Source: Bacillota bacterium (GTDB taxonomy: Bacteria; Bacillota; Desulfotomaculia; Desulfotomaculales; Ammonificaceae). Taken from it: a stretch of 64,000 bases of DNA. A program made the translations under genes and the position numbers. Numbering within the stretch: the stretch's first letter is position 1; every line of letters starts with the position of its first letter. The stretch covers positions 35,932 through 99,931 of the forward strand of contig JBFMBK010000007.1 in the NCBI GenBank assembly GCA_040755295.1, written 5' to 3'. This document shows, in pieces, positions 1 to 9,257 of the stretch. The notes below the pieces were generated by a model that was not told the DNA's origin, made no database searches, and was given only the letters and a program-made list of their open reading frames with translations.

Positions 1-2
1 CC

Positions 3-1595
3 CTCGAATCACGCCGCCCGGTAAAGGATTTCGACATCCTCGCCTTCACGCTTCCATACGAGTTGACCTATACCAACGTCCTGAACATTATAGGACTGTC
101 CGGGATTGACCCTGTCGCGGAAGCCCGTAAGAATGATGACCCTTTGGTTATTGCGGGTGGTCCCTGCGTCTTCAACCCGGAACCGCTTGCTTCCTTTATC
201 GATCTCTTCGCCGTCGGCGAAGGGGAGGAAATAATCCAAGAGATCCTGGACGCCTATATCCTTTCCCGTAAAGCCGGGGAAGGACGCCGGGAATTCTTGC
301 GCAGAGCGGCGGGTGTGCCCGGGGTCTACGTGCCTTCCCTGTATCAAGTCGCCTACGTTCAGGGTGAAGTTGAGGGAGTCAGCCCGCTGTACCCGGACGT
401 TCCTGCACGCGTAGCTAAGAGGGTGATACGCGATTTTGATTCCGTTTCTTTCCCGGTTCATCCGGTGGTTCCTTTGATCGAGGCCGTTCATGACCGGGGG
501 ATGCTCGAGGTTTTTCGGGGGTGCACCCGGGGGTGTCGTTTTTGTCAGGCCGGTGTTATCTACCGCCCGGTGCGTGAAAAGAAAAAGGAAACCCTGATTA
601 ACCAGGGTCTTGAGTTAGCGCGGAATACCGGCTACGACGAGATTTCCTTAAGCTCCCTAAGCTCCGTTGACTACTCGAGCCTTTCGCCGTTGATTGACAG
701 GCTGCTGGAGGCTTTCAATACCGAGCAGGTCAGCATATCGCTTCCTTCCCTGAGGGCTGATGCTTTTTCCGTAGGGATTGCCCGGCGGCTTCAGGAGGTG
801 CGAAAAAGCGCGCTTACTTTTGCGCCCGAAGCCGGATCACAGCGACTGCGTGACGTAATCAATAAAAAGGTAACGCGCGAAGCTCTCTTGAGCGCTGCGG
901 AAGCGGCTTTTGCATCCGGTTGGCTGCGGCTGAAGCTTTATTTTATAATCGGTTTACCCACGGAAACGGAAGAAGACCTGGAAGGGATCGGTGTTCTGGC
1001 CAGCGACCTCCTGGCGGTCGGAGAAAAGTGCGGTGTTCCCAGGGGGCGGCTGCAGCTCACCGTAAGCGCGTCCTGCTTCGTCCCCAAGGCGCATACCCCG
1101 TTTCAGTGGGAACCAATGGCTTATACGGAAGCGTTGAACGGTAAAATAACGTTCCTGAAGAACAGACTGAAGGATCGCCGGATCGACTTTGACTGGCATG
1201 ATCCCAGGATGAGTTTTATGGAAGCCGTATTTTCCCGTGGCGACCGCCGGTTGGGCGGGGCGCTTCTGGAAGCCCACAGAAGCGGTTTCCACTTTGACGG
1301 CTGGCGAGAGTATTTTTCGTTGGAACGGTGGGAGGAATCATTTGCCAGAGCCGGGTTGGATCCGGCTTATTACGCTTACCACCGTTACAATTACAGCGAT
1401 GTGCTGCCCTGGGATCATATCGATAGCGGTGTCAGCCGGGATTTCCTAATGGAGGAACACCAGCGGGCCTACCGGATGGAACCCACAGCCGACTGCCGTG
1501 AGGGCGAGTGCGCCGGTTGCGGTGTTTGCACAGTTTTCGAAGTGGAACCGGTTATTTCGGAGGTCGGAGATCGGATGTCGGAAGTCGGACCCTGA
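3..1595 (+). CDS. B12-binding-like/radical SAM protein, TIGR03960-type (5' end lies outside the window)
   Basis: Frame 3 is open to the window edge (..DFDILAFTLPYELTYTNVLNII..), so the N-terminus is upstream. It carries the radical SAM CxxxCxxC motif (CTRGCRFC). It is followed by a TIGR03936-type gene and an Rne/Rng RNase, the usual neighbourhood of this family. The last ~12 codons (SEVGDRMSEVGP) run into an intergenic-type repeat. Confidence 0.85.
   Translation, partial: LESRRPVKDFDILAFTLPYELTYTNVLNIIGLSGIDPVAEARKNDDPLVIAGGPCVFNPEPLASFIDLFAVGEGEEIIQEILDAYILSRKAGEGRREFLRRAAGVPGVYVPSLYQVAYVQGEVEGVSPLYPDVPARVAKRVIRDFDSVSFPVHPVVPLIEAVHDRGMLEVFRGCTRGCRFCQAGVIYRPVREKKKETLINQGLELARNTGYDEISLSSLSSVDYSSLSPLIDRLLEAFNTEQVSISLPSLRADAFSVGIARRLQEVRKSALTFAPEAGSQRLRDVINKKVTREALLSAAEAAFASGWLRLKLYFIIGLPTETEEDLEGIGVLASDLLAVGEKCGVPRGRLQLTVSASCFVPKAHTPFQWEPMAYTEALNGKITFLKNRLKDRRIDFDWHDPRMSFMEAVFSRGDRRLGGALLEAHRSGFHFDGWREYFSLERWEESFARAGLDPAYYAYHRYNYSDVLPWDHIDSGVSRDFLMEEHQRAYRMEPTADCREGECAGCGVCTVFEVEPVISEVGDRMSEVGP
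1557..1592. repeat. GTCGGA-type short repeat run (ggaggtcggagatcggatgtcggaagtcgga) forming the 3' end of the radical SAM CDS
   Basis: GA[AGT]GTCGGA units read directly in the sequence. The same motif recurs at 5571-5579, 9167-9180, 19722-19750 and 37958-37966, and as its reverse complement at 9224-9252 and 19796-19803. Confidence 0.6.
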
Positions 1596-1764
1596 TATAA
1601 TCCGAAAAGTGCTGCTTAACAGTTCCGGCGGTAAGATGAAGCTTCTTAGCGACAAGTCCCGGAAAGGCACGGAGTTTTGAGATAACGGGCATGCACAGAA
1701 GTCAAAGGCGGTTTTGCTGGGGATCGGTCTCCCAAGATTGATTTTTTGCGACAGGGGGACGGTT

Positions 1765-2454
1765 GTGTTTCGTTACAGGGTAACCTTTAGAAAAGAAGGA
1801 CCGGTGCGCTGGATAGGACACCTGGACGTTGTGCGGGCTTTCGAAAGGGCGCTCCGCAGGGCGGCGTTGCCGTTGTGTTACTCGGAAGGTTTTAATCCTC
1901 GGCCGCGTATGGTTTTTGCATTACCGCTGCCCGTGGGTGTATTAGGTTGCCGGGAATTGATGGACCTGTATCTCAGGACGCCGGTCAGTCCTGAGGCGGT
2001 GAAGGCGCGTCTTTCCGATGCCTTCCCGGAAGGGCTGTACGCAGGGATGGTAAGAAGGATACCGCGGAACGCGCCGGCGCTGATGGCTGTGGTAAACCGC
2101 TCAACATACCGGATTGAAGGAGTGATTGACTGCGGGATTTCGCCGGAGGCGGTTGCGGCAGCGGTACAAGCGGTTTTGGATGCAGGGGAGATTAAAATTA
2201 CGCGTTATGGTAAAGGCAAGGTAAAGGAACACGACATCAGACCGGGGATTTTCAGTTTCGAAGCTAAATGTACCTCGGGGAGGGTCAGCGGGGTTATGAC
2301 GGTTAAAGCCGGCCAGCAGGGGAATGTCCGTCCGGAAGAGGTTATTGGGGCCTTCATCCGGTTTGGAGGTTTTTGCACGGACCCGCTTGATTTTATGTAT
2401 TACCGAACCGGCCTTTTTACCGTAACGGCTGATCGCATGATTAGTCTCGGGTAA
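1765..2454 (+). CDS. radical SAM-linked protein, TIGR03936/DUF2344 family
   Basis: The ORF track frame is 1714-2454. A GTG at 1765 sits ~6 nt after aggggga and gives the family-typical N-terminus VFRYRVTFRKEGPVRWIGHLDVVRAFERALRRAALP. The gene lies directly after the TIGR03960 gene. Confidence 0.75.
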   Translation: MFRYRVTFRKEGPVRWIGHLDVVRAFERALRRAALPLCYSEGFNPRPRMVFALPLPVGVLGCRELMDLYLRTPVSPEAVKARLSDAFPEGLYAGMVRRIPRNAPALMAVVNRSTYRIEGVIDCGISPEAVAAAVQAVLDAGEIKITRYGKGKVKEHDIRPGIFSFEAKCTSGRVSGVMTVKAGQQGNVRPEEVIGAFIRFGGFCTDPLDFMYYRTGLFTVTADRMISLG

Positions 2455-2484
2455 AAGTCACAAGGAAAAACGGGAGCGAGAACA

Positions 2485-3735
2485 GTGTTAAAAGAGATAA
2501 TAATTTCGAAAGCGGACGGGGGCAACCGCGTTGCGGTGCTGGAGGAGCACTCCCCGGTCGAGGTTTATTTCGAACCTCCCGGTGCGGAACTGGTGGGGAG
2601 TATTTTTAAGGGTAGAGTAGAAAACGTACTGCCGGGTATTGAAGCGGCATTTGTTGATATAGGGCTTGAAAAAAACTCCTTTCTGTACGTGCATGACGCG
2701 CGGGCTGTTGCCGAGAACCAGGGACGGCGTTTCAGAATAAAGGAATTACTCCGGACGGGACAAGAGGTAATCGTTCAGGTGGTGAAAGGACCCTTCGGGG
2801 CGAAGGGGCCTCGGGTAACCACGCAGATAACGCTTCCGGGGCGATACCTTGTACTGGCGCCTACGATGCAGCATACGGGCGTCTCCCGTCGCATCGCACC
2901 ACCTGCGGAACGCGAACGTCTGCGGCGGCTTGCGGTAAATCTTTGCCCCCCCGGAATGGGGCTTATTGTCCGGACGGCGGCCGAAGGCGTGGGTGAGGGG
3001 GAACTGCAGCACGACCTGGAAACCCTCTTAAAGGAATGGGAAGATATCCGCCGGAAGGGCCGCGAGCCCGGGCCAAGGGCGCTGTACAGGGATATTGAAC
3101 TTCTGCCGCGTATCCTGCGCGACTTTTTTACCCTTGATGTCACGCGTTTGATCGTCGACTCTACCGAGCTTGAGGCGCAGGTATTTGCCATCATGGATGA
3201 ACTTGGGCCGGGACTGAAGGACCGGGTTCAACTGGAAACCGGCCGGGATTTGATGGCCGCCTACGGTGTAGACCGTGAGGTTGAACGGGCGTTGAAACGC
3301 AGGGTATGGCTCAAATGCGGCGGTTATATCGTTTTCGACCAGACAGAAGCGCTTACTTCGATAGACGTTAATACAGGGAAATATGTGGGTTCGCAAAGCC
3401 TTGAGGAGACGGTGGTAAAGACAAACCTAGACGCGGCGCGTGAAATCGCGCGACAATTAAGGTTGAGGAACATCGGCGGCATAATTATCATTGATTTTAT
3501 CGATATGGTTGAAGAAAAACACCGGCAGGAAGTGTTGAACACTTTAGATGAGGCGCTTAAACGGGACCGCGTCCGCTCGCACATCCTCGGAATAACCAGA
3601 CTCGGTCTGGTGGAAATGACGAGGAAGAAGGCTCACCCCGGGCTTTCGGAGATGCTGCTGAAGCCGTGTCCGTATTGCGAGGGTACAGGTCGTCTTTCCA
3701 TTGATGAAGAAACAGATTCTTTGCCGTTAGGGTAA
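2485..3735 (+). CDS. rng: Rne/Rng-family ribonuclease (RNase G-like)
   Basis: 416-aa ORF with an N-terminal S1 domain (GSIFKGRVENVLPGIEAAFVDIG) and the catalytic core motif IDVNTGKYVG..NLDAAREIARQLRLRNIGGIIIIDFIDM. Confidence 0.85.
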   Translation: MLKEIIISKADGGNRVAVLEEHSPVEVYFEPPGAELVGSIFKGRVENVLPGIEAAFVDIGLEKNSFLYVHDARAVAENQGRRFRIKELLRTGQEVIVQVVKGPFGAKGPRVTTQITLPGRYLVLAPTMQHTGVSRRIAPPAERERLRRLAVNLCPPGMGLIVRTAAEGVGEGELQHDLETLLKEWEDIRRKGREPGPRALYRDIELLPRILRDFFTLDVTRLIVDSTELEAQVFAIMDELGPGLKDRVQLETGRDLMAAYGVDREVERALKRRVWLKCGGYIVFDQTEALTSIDVNTGKYVGSQSLEETVVKTNLDAAREIARQLRLRNIGGIIIIDFIDMVEEKHRQEVLNTLDEALKRDRVRSHILGITRLGLVEMTRKKAHPGLSEMLLKPCPYCEGTGRLSIDEETDSLPLG

Positions 3736-3934
3736 ATAGGCGGTTTATGCCGGCCTTATCCTCAGAACTGTTGACTTTCGTACCGGGCTCGCCGTAGTTA
3801 AAAACATTTACAGCCCGGCATCACGTGTTCGGTTTGGGCGGGTTCGGGTCTCTTGTCATTCTGTGACAACTTTGTGTCTGAGCCTAAGCATATCTTATGC
3901 TTTAAATGTTTGAAATGACCGGAGGTGTAACCAG

Positions 3935-5416
3935 TTGATTGCTGGCGTACGGGTTCGGTTTGCTCCGAGCCCTACAGGTAGCCTGCATATAGGGGGAGCG
4001 CGGACGGCCCTCTTTAACTATCTTTTTGCCCGCGCTAACGGTGGCAGGTTTGTGCTGCGTCTGGAAGACACCGATTTTGAGCGCCGTATTGCCGGGGCAG
4101 AAGAAGGGATTATTCACAGTTTACGCTGGTTGGGCTTGAACTGGGCTGAGGGGCCGGACGTCGGGGGTGAATATGGTCCTTACCGCCAATCCGAACGGCT
4201 TGACGTCTACCGCCGGGAGGCCGAGCGCCTCCTGACGGCGGGATTTGCTTATCGCTGTTACTGCACACCCGAAGAACTTGCCGCCGATCGGGATGAAGCC
4301 CGGCGCGCGGGGCGCGCGCCCCGTTATAACGGCCGCTGCCTTCGGATCACCGCGGATGAGGCGGCCGGGAAGGCTGCGGCCGGTATCAAACCGGTAATCC
4401 GCTTAAAAGTACCCGAAAGCGGCCGGACTACGGTTGAGGACCTTATACGGGGTTCGGTGGTCTTTGAGAACTCTACGCTGGATGATTTTATTATAATGAA
4501 ATCCAGCGGGGTTCCCACCTACAATTTCGCATGTGTGGTCGACGACGCCACGATGATAATCACCCACGTCATTCGTGCGGAGGAACACCTTTCAAACACA
4601 CCTAAGCAACTTCTGATTTACCAGGCGCTTGATTATCCCGCACCGGTTTTCGCGCATGTTCCTATGATTCTGGCGCCGGACCGGGCTAAGCTTTCCAAGC
4701 GCCACGGGGCAACCGGGGTGGAGGAGTTCCATTCGCAGGGCTACGTTCCGGAAGCGCTCTTTAACTACCTGGCTCTGCTGGGATGGTCACCGGGCGACGA
4801 ACGGGAAATACTCGGCAACGATGAGATCATACGGGAGTTTTCTTTGGCGGCGGTCTCCAAACATGCCGCCATCTATGATGTTCAGAAGCTCACCTGGCTT
4901 AACAGCCAATATATCAGCAGCATGGGGTTGGAGCAACTATACGAGCTTGCATTGCCTTTCTGCGTGGAAGCTGGTCTGGTCAGCGCTCAATCTGCGGTCA
5001 CGGAGCGGGAGTACCTTCTCAGGGTGCTTAAAGCGGTGCGCTCACGCTCACGGACCCTGCGGGAACTGGCCGATATGGCCTCTTACTTTTTCCGGGACGA
5101 CTTTGTTTACGACCCCAAGGGCGTTAAGAAGGTCTTCACTGCGCAGGGGGTGCCGGAACTGCTGCGCGAGGGTGGGAAGGCGCTTGCGCCGGTGGAGCCT
5201 TTCGAAGTCAGCAGCGCCGAAACCGCTTTCCGGGAGCTGATTGAAAAACGCGGGATAAGCGGCGGTACGCTGATTCATCCGACACGACTGGCCTTAACGG
5301 GGCGTACGGTCGGCCCGGGCCTCTTCGACGTTATCGCCCTCCTCGGGAAAAACCGGACTCTTGAAAGACTTCAACGAGCCGCTGCGTGGATCGAGCGAAA
5401 CGTGGCACCTAAGTAA
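3935..5416 (+). CDS. gltX: glutamate--tRNA ligase
   Basis: HIGH-type motif (PSPTGSLHIGGARTALFNYLFAR) and KMSKS-type motif (KLSKRHG). TTG start 9 nt after ggagg. 493 aa. Confidence 0.95.
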   Translation: MIAGVRVRFAPSPTGSLHIGGARTALFNYLFARANGGRFVLRLEDTDFERRIAGAEEGIIHSLRWLGLNWAEGPDVGGEYGPYRQSERLDVYRREAERLLTAGFAYRCYCTPEELAADRDEARRAGRAPRYNGRCLRITADEAAGKAAAGIKPVIRLKVPESGRTTVEDLIRGSVVFENSTLDDFIIMKSSGVPTYNFACVVDDATMIITHVIRAEEHLSNTPKQLLIYQALDYPAPVFAHVPMILAPDRAKLSKRHGATGVEEFHSQGYVPEALFNYLALLGWSPGDEREILGNDEIIREFSLAAVSKHAAIYDVQKLTWLNSQYISSMGLEQLYELALPFCVEAGLVSAQSAVTEREYLLRVLKAVRSRSRTLRELADMASYFFRDDFVYDPKGVKKVFTAQGVPELLREGGKALAPVEPFEVSSAETAFRELIEKRGISGGTLIHPTRLALTGRTVGPGLFDVIALLGKNRTLERLQRAAAWIERNVAPK

Positions 5417-5475
5417 CTCGGGGCAGTTTCTCTTGCCACGGATAACAGCTTTATTGTATAATAAATTTTGTGAAT

Positions 5476-5549
5476 TGCGGGATGGTGTAACGGTAGCACG
5501 CATGGCTCTGGACCATGTAGTCTAGGTTCGAATCCTGGTCCCGCAGCCA
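5476..5549 (+). tRNA. tRNA-Gln (anticodon CTG), CCA encoded
   Basis: Hand-folded cloverleaf: acceptor tgcggga/tcccgca with U1-A72, anticodon stem catgg/ccatg, loop ctCTGga, T-loop ggttcgaatcc, 3' gcca. Confidence 0.9.
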
Positions 5550-5554
5550 ATTGG

Positions 5555-5633
5555 GAAGTTAGAAGTGAGAGGTCGGAGGTTGGATTATAGAATTTAGAAT
5601 TCTATTCTAACCTTGAACGTTGAACCTTGAACG
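5555..5633. repeat. intergenic repeat element between the two tRNAs
   Basis: Purine-rich arm gaagttagaagtgagaggtcggaggttgg, a central 10-bp perfect palindrome tagaattcta (5597-5606), and a pyrimidine-richer arm ccttgaacgttgaaccttgaacgg. The ttgaacgtt motif recurs as the palindrome gttgaacgttcaac at 30085-30098. Confidence 0.55.
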
Positions 5634-5679
5634 GACCCCGAGATTCAATCCGTCTAAGCTTAACTTAACTCGGTTATAT

Positions 5680-5755
5680 GGCGCTATCGTCTAGGGGCCC
5701 AGGACACCGCCCTCTCAAGGCGGAGACACGGGTTCGAATCCCGTTAGCGCTACCA
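5680..5755 (+). tRNA. tRNA-Glu (anticodon CTC), CCA encoded
   Basis: D-arm, anticodon arm and T-arm are nearly colinear with classical bacterial tRNA-Glu (UC GUCU AGGGGCCC AGGA C). Anticodon loop ctCTCaa. The acceptor closes with a G1-U72 wobble. Confidence 0.88.
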
Positions 5756-5769
5756 TTTCGAAAGACACA

Positions 5770-5795
5770 CCCCGACTTGCCGGGGATATTTTTTT
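5770..5795 (+). terminator. probable rho-independent terminator after the tRNA pair
   Basis: Short hairpin ccccg-acttgc-cgggg followed by atattttttt. The 5-bp stem gives only moderate support. Confidence 0.45.
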
Positions 5796-6368
5796 ACAAA
5801 GGAATTATGCCGTCACCCTTTTGCGGACAACCTGTCCATTTATGACATGCTAGGAAAGGGTGTCCTGATATTCTGTGTTTATGCAGTGTGTGTCCGGACG
5901 GGGCCTGAATAGCTGTCCCGCCGGTTCCGGGGAGGTATCATCAAGCAGATCGACTTTTTCAAGGAGTATTACTCTGTATATTGGAATTAGGAGAGAAGGG
6001 AGTAGTGGTTTAATAGAACTGTATCACCTTCAGGAATTCTGTTATCATCAGCCCCGCCAACAACACCCAAAAGATCAGTTGAATCGAACTGCCCGGTTTG
6101 CAAAGCAAACCTGCTATCAGAAATATCATTCCGGATACGATTATAACAAAAGTAAAACTCTCTGATGGAATCAATCTTGTACACCTGCCACAATATGGTG
6201 ACATAGGATTAATTTATTGTATATTACCATAACCTGAACTAGTTGAGCTATTATAATATTTTTCAAGCTTGAGGTAATATCGTAAAGATACTGAGGATGT
6301 GCCTGTAGGAATAACAACGAAGGCATCTTATCCGACACCCGGCGGGTGGGTGCCTTGCGTGCCGGCAG

Positions 6369-8576
6369 CTAAACCATTCTCTCCGGGGCCTCAAACTTAA
6401 CGTAAAAGACGGTGCCTTTGCTGCTTGTATCGACCTTTATTCTTGCGTCGTGACGGTAAGCGATGCTGTAGCACACGGGCAGACCAAGACCGGTCCCTTC
6501 CTTCTTTGTGGTTAAAAACGGCGTGCCCAGTTTATCGAGAACCGCGTCTTCTATACCCGGACCCTGGTCTTCTACGGCCAGAACAACCGCTTTCCCTTCG
6601 ACATAAGTCCTGATGGTGAGCAGACCGCCCGGATTCATTGCCTCCAGGCCGTTGCGGGCCAGGTTAAGAATTATCTGACGCATGTCGTTTTCGTTAAGAA
6701 GCAGATCGGGAATTTCCCCCAGTTCCTTTTTAATGGCTTTACCGGCGGCCGCGGCGTCCGACTCTATTAAGGGATACAGCGTTTCCACCGAGGAATTGAG
6801 GTTATGGGCGGATTTATTTCCGGGATTATCCCTGGTAAGACACAGGAATTCCCGTATTATGGAATTAACCCTGTCAAGTTCCTCAATCATCAGGGCGGAG
6901 TAGTTCCGGTACCAGGTACACTGTCCTTCTTCCCGGATGCCGGCCAATTGAAGGAAACCTTTGACGCTGCTGAGCGGGTTCCTTATTTCGTGGGCCATAG
7001 CTGCCGCCATTTCCGCCGCAAGAATGAGACGGTCCAGACGCGCGATTTCTTTTTCGAACCGTTTCCGTTCAGTAACGTCAGCGATCATTCCCAACGCGCC
7101 CGAGTATTCCCCGTCCTTACTAAAGATAGGACTTACGGACGCGATTGTCCAAAGCTCATCACCGTTTTTCCGCCGGTACTTGAAATCGAGTTTTTCGCAT
7201 ATACCTTTCCCGCGCCTCCGTATGTTGGATTCCGCGATTTCTTCCCATTTGTCTTCCATGAACTCCAGTAAGGGACGCCCCAGCATTTCTTCAACGGTGT
7301 AACCAAGCATTTCAGCCATCTTTTTGTTGACAAAGACAGTTTTGTTGTCGGCGTCGATGATCCAGGTCCCTTCGTTTGCGGTTTCAAGGATCTGTCGGCA
7401 CCGCTCCTCACTCATCTTTAAGGAGTCTTTGGCCCATTTAAGTTCGGTGATATCAACCGTTACGCTGAGGATACATTTCTGGTTGTTTAAGGTAATTATT
7501 TCCGCGGAAATAAGCCCTTTATGTATTTCTTGTGATTCCGAACGAAACTCTACCTCAAGATTGCGAACCACCCCGTTTTGCGCTAAAGTCCTGGCTATTC
7601 TGCCGCGGTCACTCGCGCTCAACCAGATATTAAGTTCATCTGCCTTATGTCCGATCACCCTTTCAGGGCATGTGCCCATTGAATGGTAGAAGCTGTCGTT
7701 TACGCTAATGAAGCGCCAATCCTTACAGGTGGTAATGACCGTTAGATTGGGGTTGGCATCAAAAGTCTTTTTATAACGTTCTTCTGACAGCTTCAATTCC
7801 GAATATGGGTGTTTCGAAGAAAGGAAGATGATCCCCCTTAAGACAAAGACATGGCTTAACAGATTAAAATTGTGTCCCATTATTCCGTAAACGCCTGCAG
7901 GTTCCGCTGTAAATAGTGCCGTTCCTGCGGCGCAAAGGATGGCAAGGGCAAAAATATTTAAAACTTCACCCCTTCCGGTATTACATTTGAATAAAAGGAG
8001 TAGCAGATAGCCGCTGCAGTTGAGACACAGCCACCATGTTCCCAGGGGGGTGAGCCCGCCGCCTGTCGTATAGACCGGCGGGATGTTGCGCAAGGTGAGC
8101 AGTATGGTAATAACCGCAAAAGCTGTAACCAGGCTGAGAACCAGGAGTTGTGATTTAGGGCGCCCGGTTTTATAATCGGCTGCGGCAGCCAGGAAGGCCA
8201 GACCTTCGACGCTTTGACCTATATTCCGGAACCATGCCCACAGGTGGGGGTTCTTGTTGAAAAAGCAAGGGTACGAAATCATGTGCATAAACGGGAAAAT
8301 AACAACGAGAAGAAAAGCGAATCCAAAAAGCCTGCCCAGAGGGGTTTCTGCATCGTAATTAAGCCACGAAACTAAGAAAACGGTCACTGCAACGGTAATG
8401 CATACGGTTTCCACCGCGAAGTGCCATACTAATTCCTGATGAGCGGACAGAAAGGGGAATATGGCTTTACTGAGTAAATAATTCGATATGCATATCAGAA
8501 GGAAAAACCCCAGATTCTTAGTGCGGGGAATCTTGCCCCAGGTTTGCCGACCGACGGTTAGTTCCATGGTTTCCAT
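6369..8576 (-). CDS. membrane sensor histidine kinase with two PAS domains
   Basis: 735 aa. The first ~260 aa form a multi-pass hydrophobic domain, followed by two PAS-like segments. H-box MAHEIRNPLSSVKG, N-box ILNLARNGLEAM, G1 DQGPGI, G2 GTGLGLPV. Confidence 0.85.
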   Translation of the reverse strand: METMELTVGRQTWGKIPRTKNLGFFLLICISNYLLSKAIFPFLSAHQELVWHFAVETVCITVAVTVFLVSWLNYDAETPLGRLFGFAFLLVVIFPFMHMISYPCFFNKNPHLWAWFRNIGQSVEGLAFLAAAADYKTGRPKSQLLVLSLVTAFAVITILLTLRNIPPVYTTGGGLTPLGTWWLCLNCSGYLLLLLFKCNTGRGEVLNIFALAILCAAGTALFTAEPAGVYGIMGHNFNLLSHVFVLRGIIFLSSKHPYSELKLSEERYKKTFDANPNLTVITTCKDWRFISVNDSFYHSMGTCPERVIGHKADELNIWLSASDRGRIARTLAQNGVVRNLEVEFRSESQEIHKGLISAEIITLNNQKCILSVTVDITELKWAKDSLKMSEERCRQILETANEGTWIIDADNKTVFVNKKMAEMLGYTVEEMLGRPLLEFMEDKWEEIAESNIRRRGKGICEKLDFKYRRKNGDELWTIASVSPIFSKDGEYSGALGMIADVTERKRFEKEIARLDRLILAAEMAAAMAHEIRNPLSSVKGFLQLAGIREEGQCTWYRNYSALMIEELDRVNSIIREFLCLTRDNPGNKSAHNLNSSVETLYPLIESDAAAAGKAIKKELGEIPDLLLNENDMRQIILNLARNGLEAMNPGGLLTIRTYVEGKAVVLAVEDQGPGIEDAVLDKLGTPFLTTKKEGTGLGLPVCYSIAYRHDARIKVDTSSKGTVFYVKFEAPERMV

Positions 8577-9162
8577 TCCTCAATGGCTTCGCAAAGACGT
8601 ACACCAACATCATTCATGCGCAATAAATGAGGTGCAAATAACAATGTAATTAATGGGCGCTTGAAGAGACCGAGAAGCGGCATGAAGGCCCTGAAAATTA
8701 CATAATACTGTTTCTTAGTCAGTGTATTCAAGTCCTCAATTTGCTTTATCTTGCTATTATTTAATTTTAATGGAAAAGTATGTTATTGCAATAACCAAAT
8801 AATGTTGACGTATGCCGCTTCATGGAGAATTACGACTGACTTCGCGGTTATCGTACGCCATGAAACATGAAATATCGTTGCTATTCCTGCTTTTTGATAC
8901 AATCTGTCAGTTCATGAAGGAAATAACCCGGCAAGCACGAATTTATTGAATTATGAAGCAATTAACATAATGCAGAATCTTCGGTCTATAACTTGTGCAA
9001 AGGCGATATTGGAAAATTTACTCCTGATCCATTACGGAACGGTTTGGTTCCAACCCCTGAGATATTCGGACAGCCGCCTGCAGCCAGGTGCAATCCCGTT
9101 CCTGAGTGAACAATGAGACTACGGGCGGTTTTCACTGTTTTTACAACCTCAGTGGTTTTAGG

Positions 9163-9257
9163 CAGAAGTCAGATGTCAGATTTGACGTGGGAATTTCATA
9201 ACCGAGAATGCCATCAAAAACTCCGACTTCCGAAATCCTGCACCCGACTTCTGAAAC
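9163..9257. repeat. imperfect-palindromic intergenic element with CAGAAGTC termini
   Basis: The left arm is cagaagtcagatgtcagatttg. The reverse complement of the right arm is cagaagtcgggtgcaggatttc. The arms are separated by ~35 nt, and the element ends ..gacttctgaaac. Confidence 0.65.

Noticed and set aside
3736-3934. Possible T-box leader upstream of gltX.
   Set aside because: I could not find the conserved T-box sequence (AANNNGGGTGGTACCGCG-like) or a specifier/antiterminator layout by eye. An Infernal scan would be decisive.
6010-6204. 64-aa minus-strand ORF with two hydrophobic segments (a possible small membrane protein) in the AT-rich region after the tRNAs.
   Set aside because: It has no RBS, sits in an AT-rich context and overlaps alternative ORFs in other frames. 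The sequence alone cannot support it.
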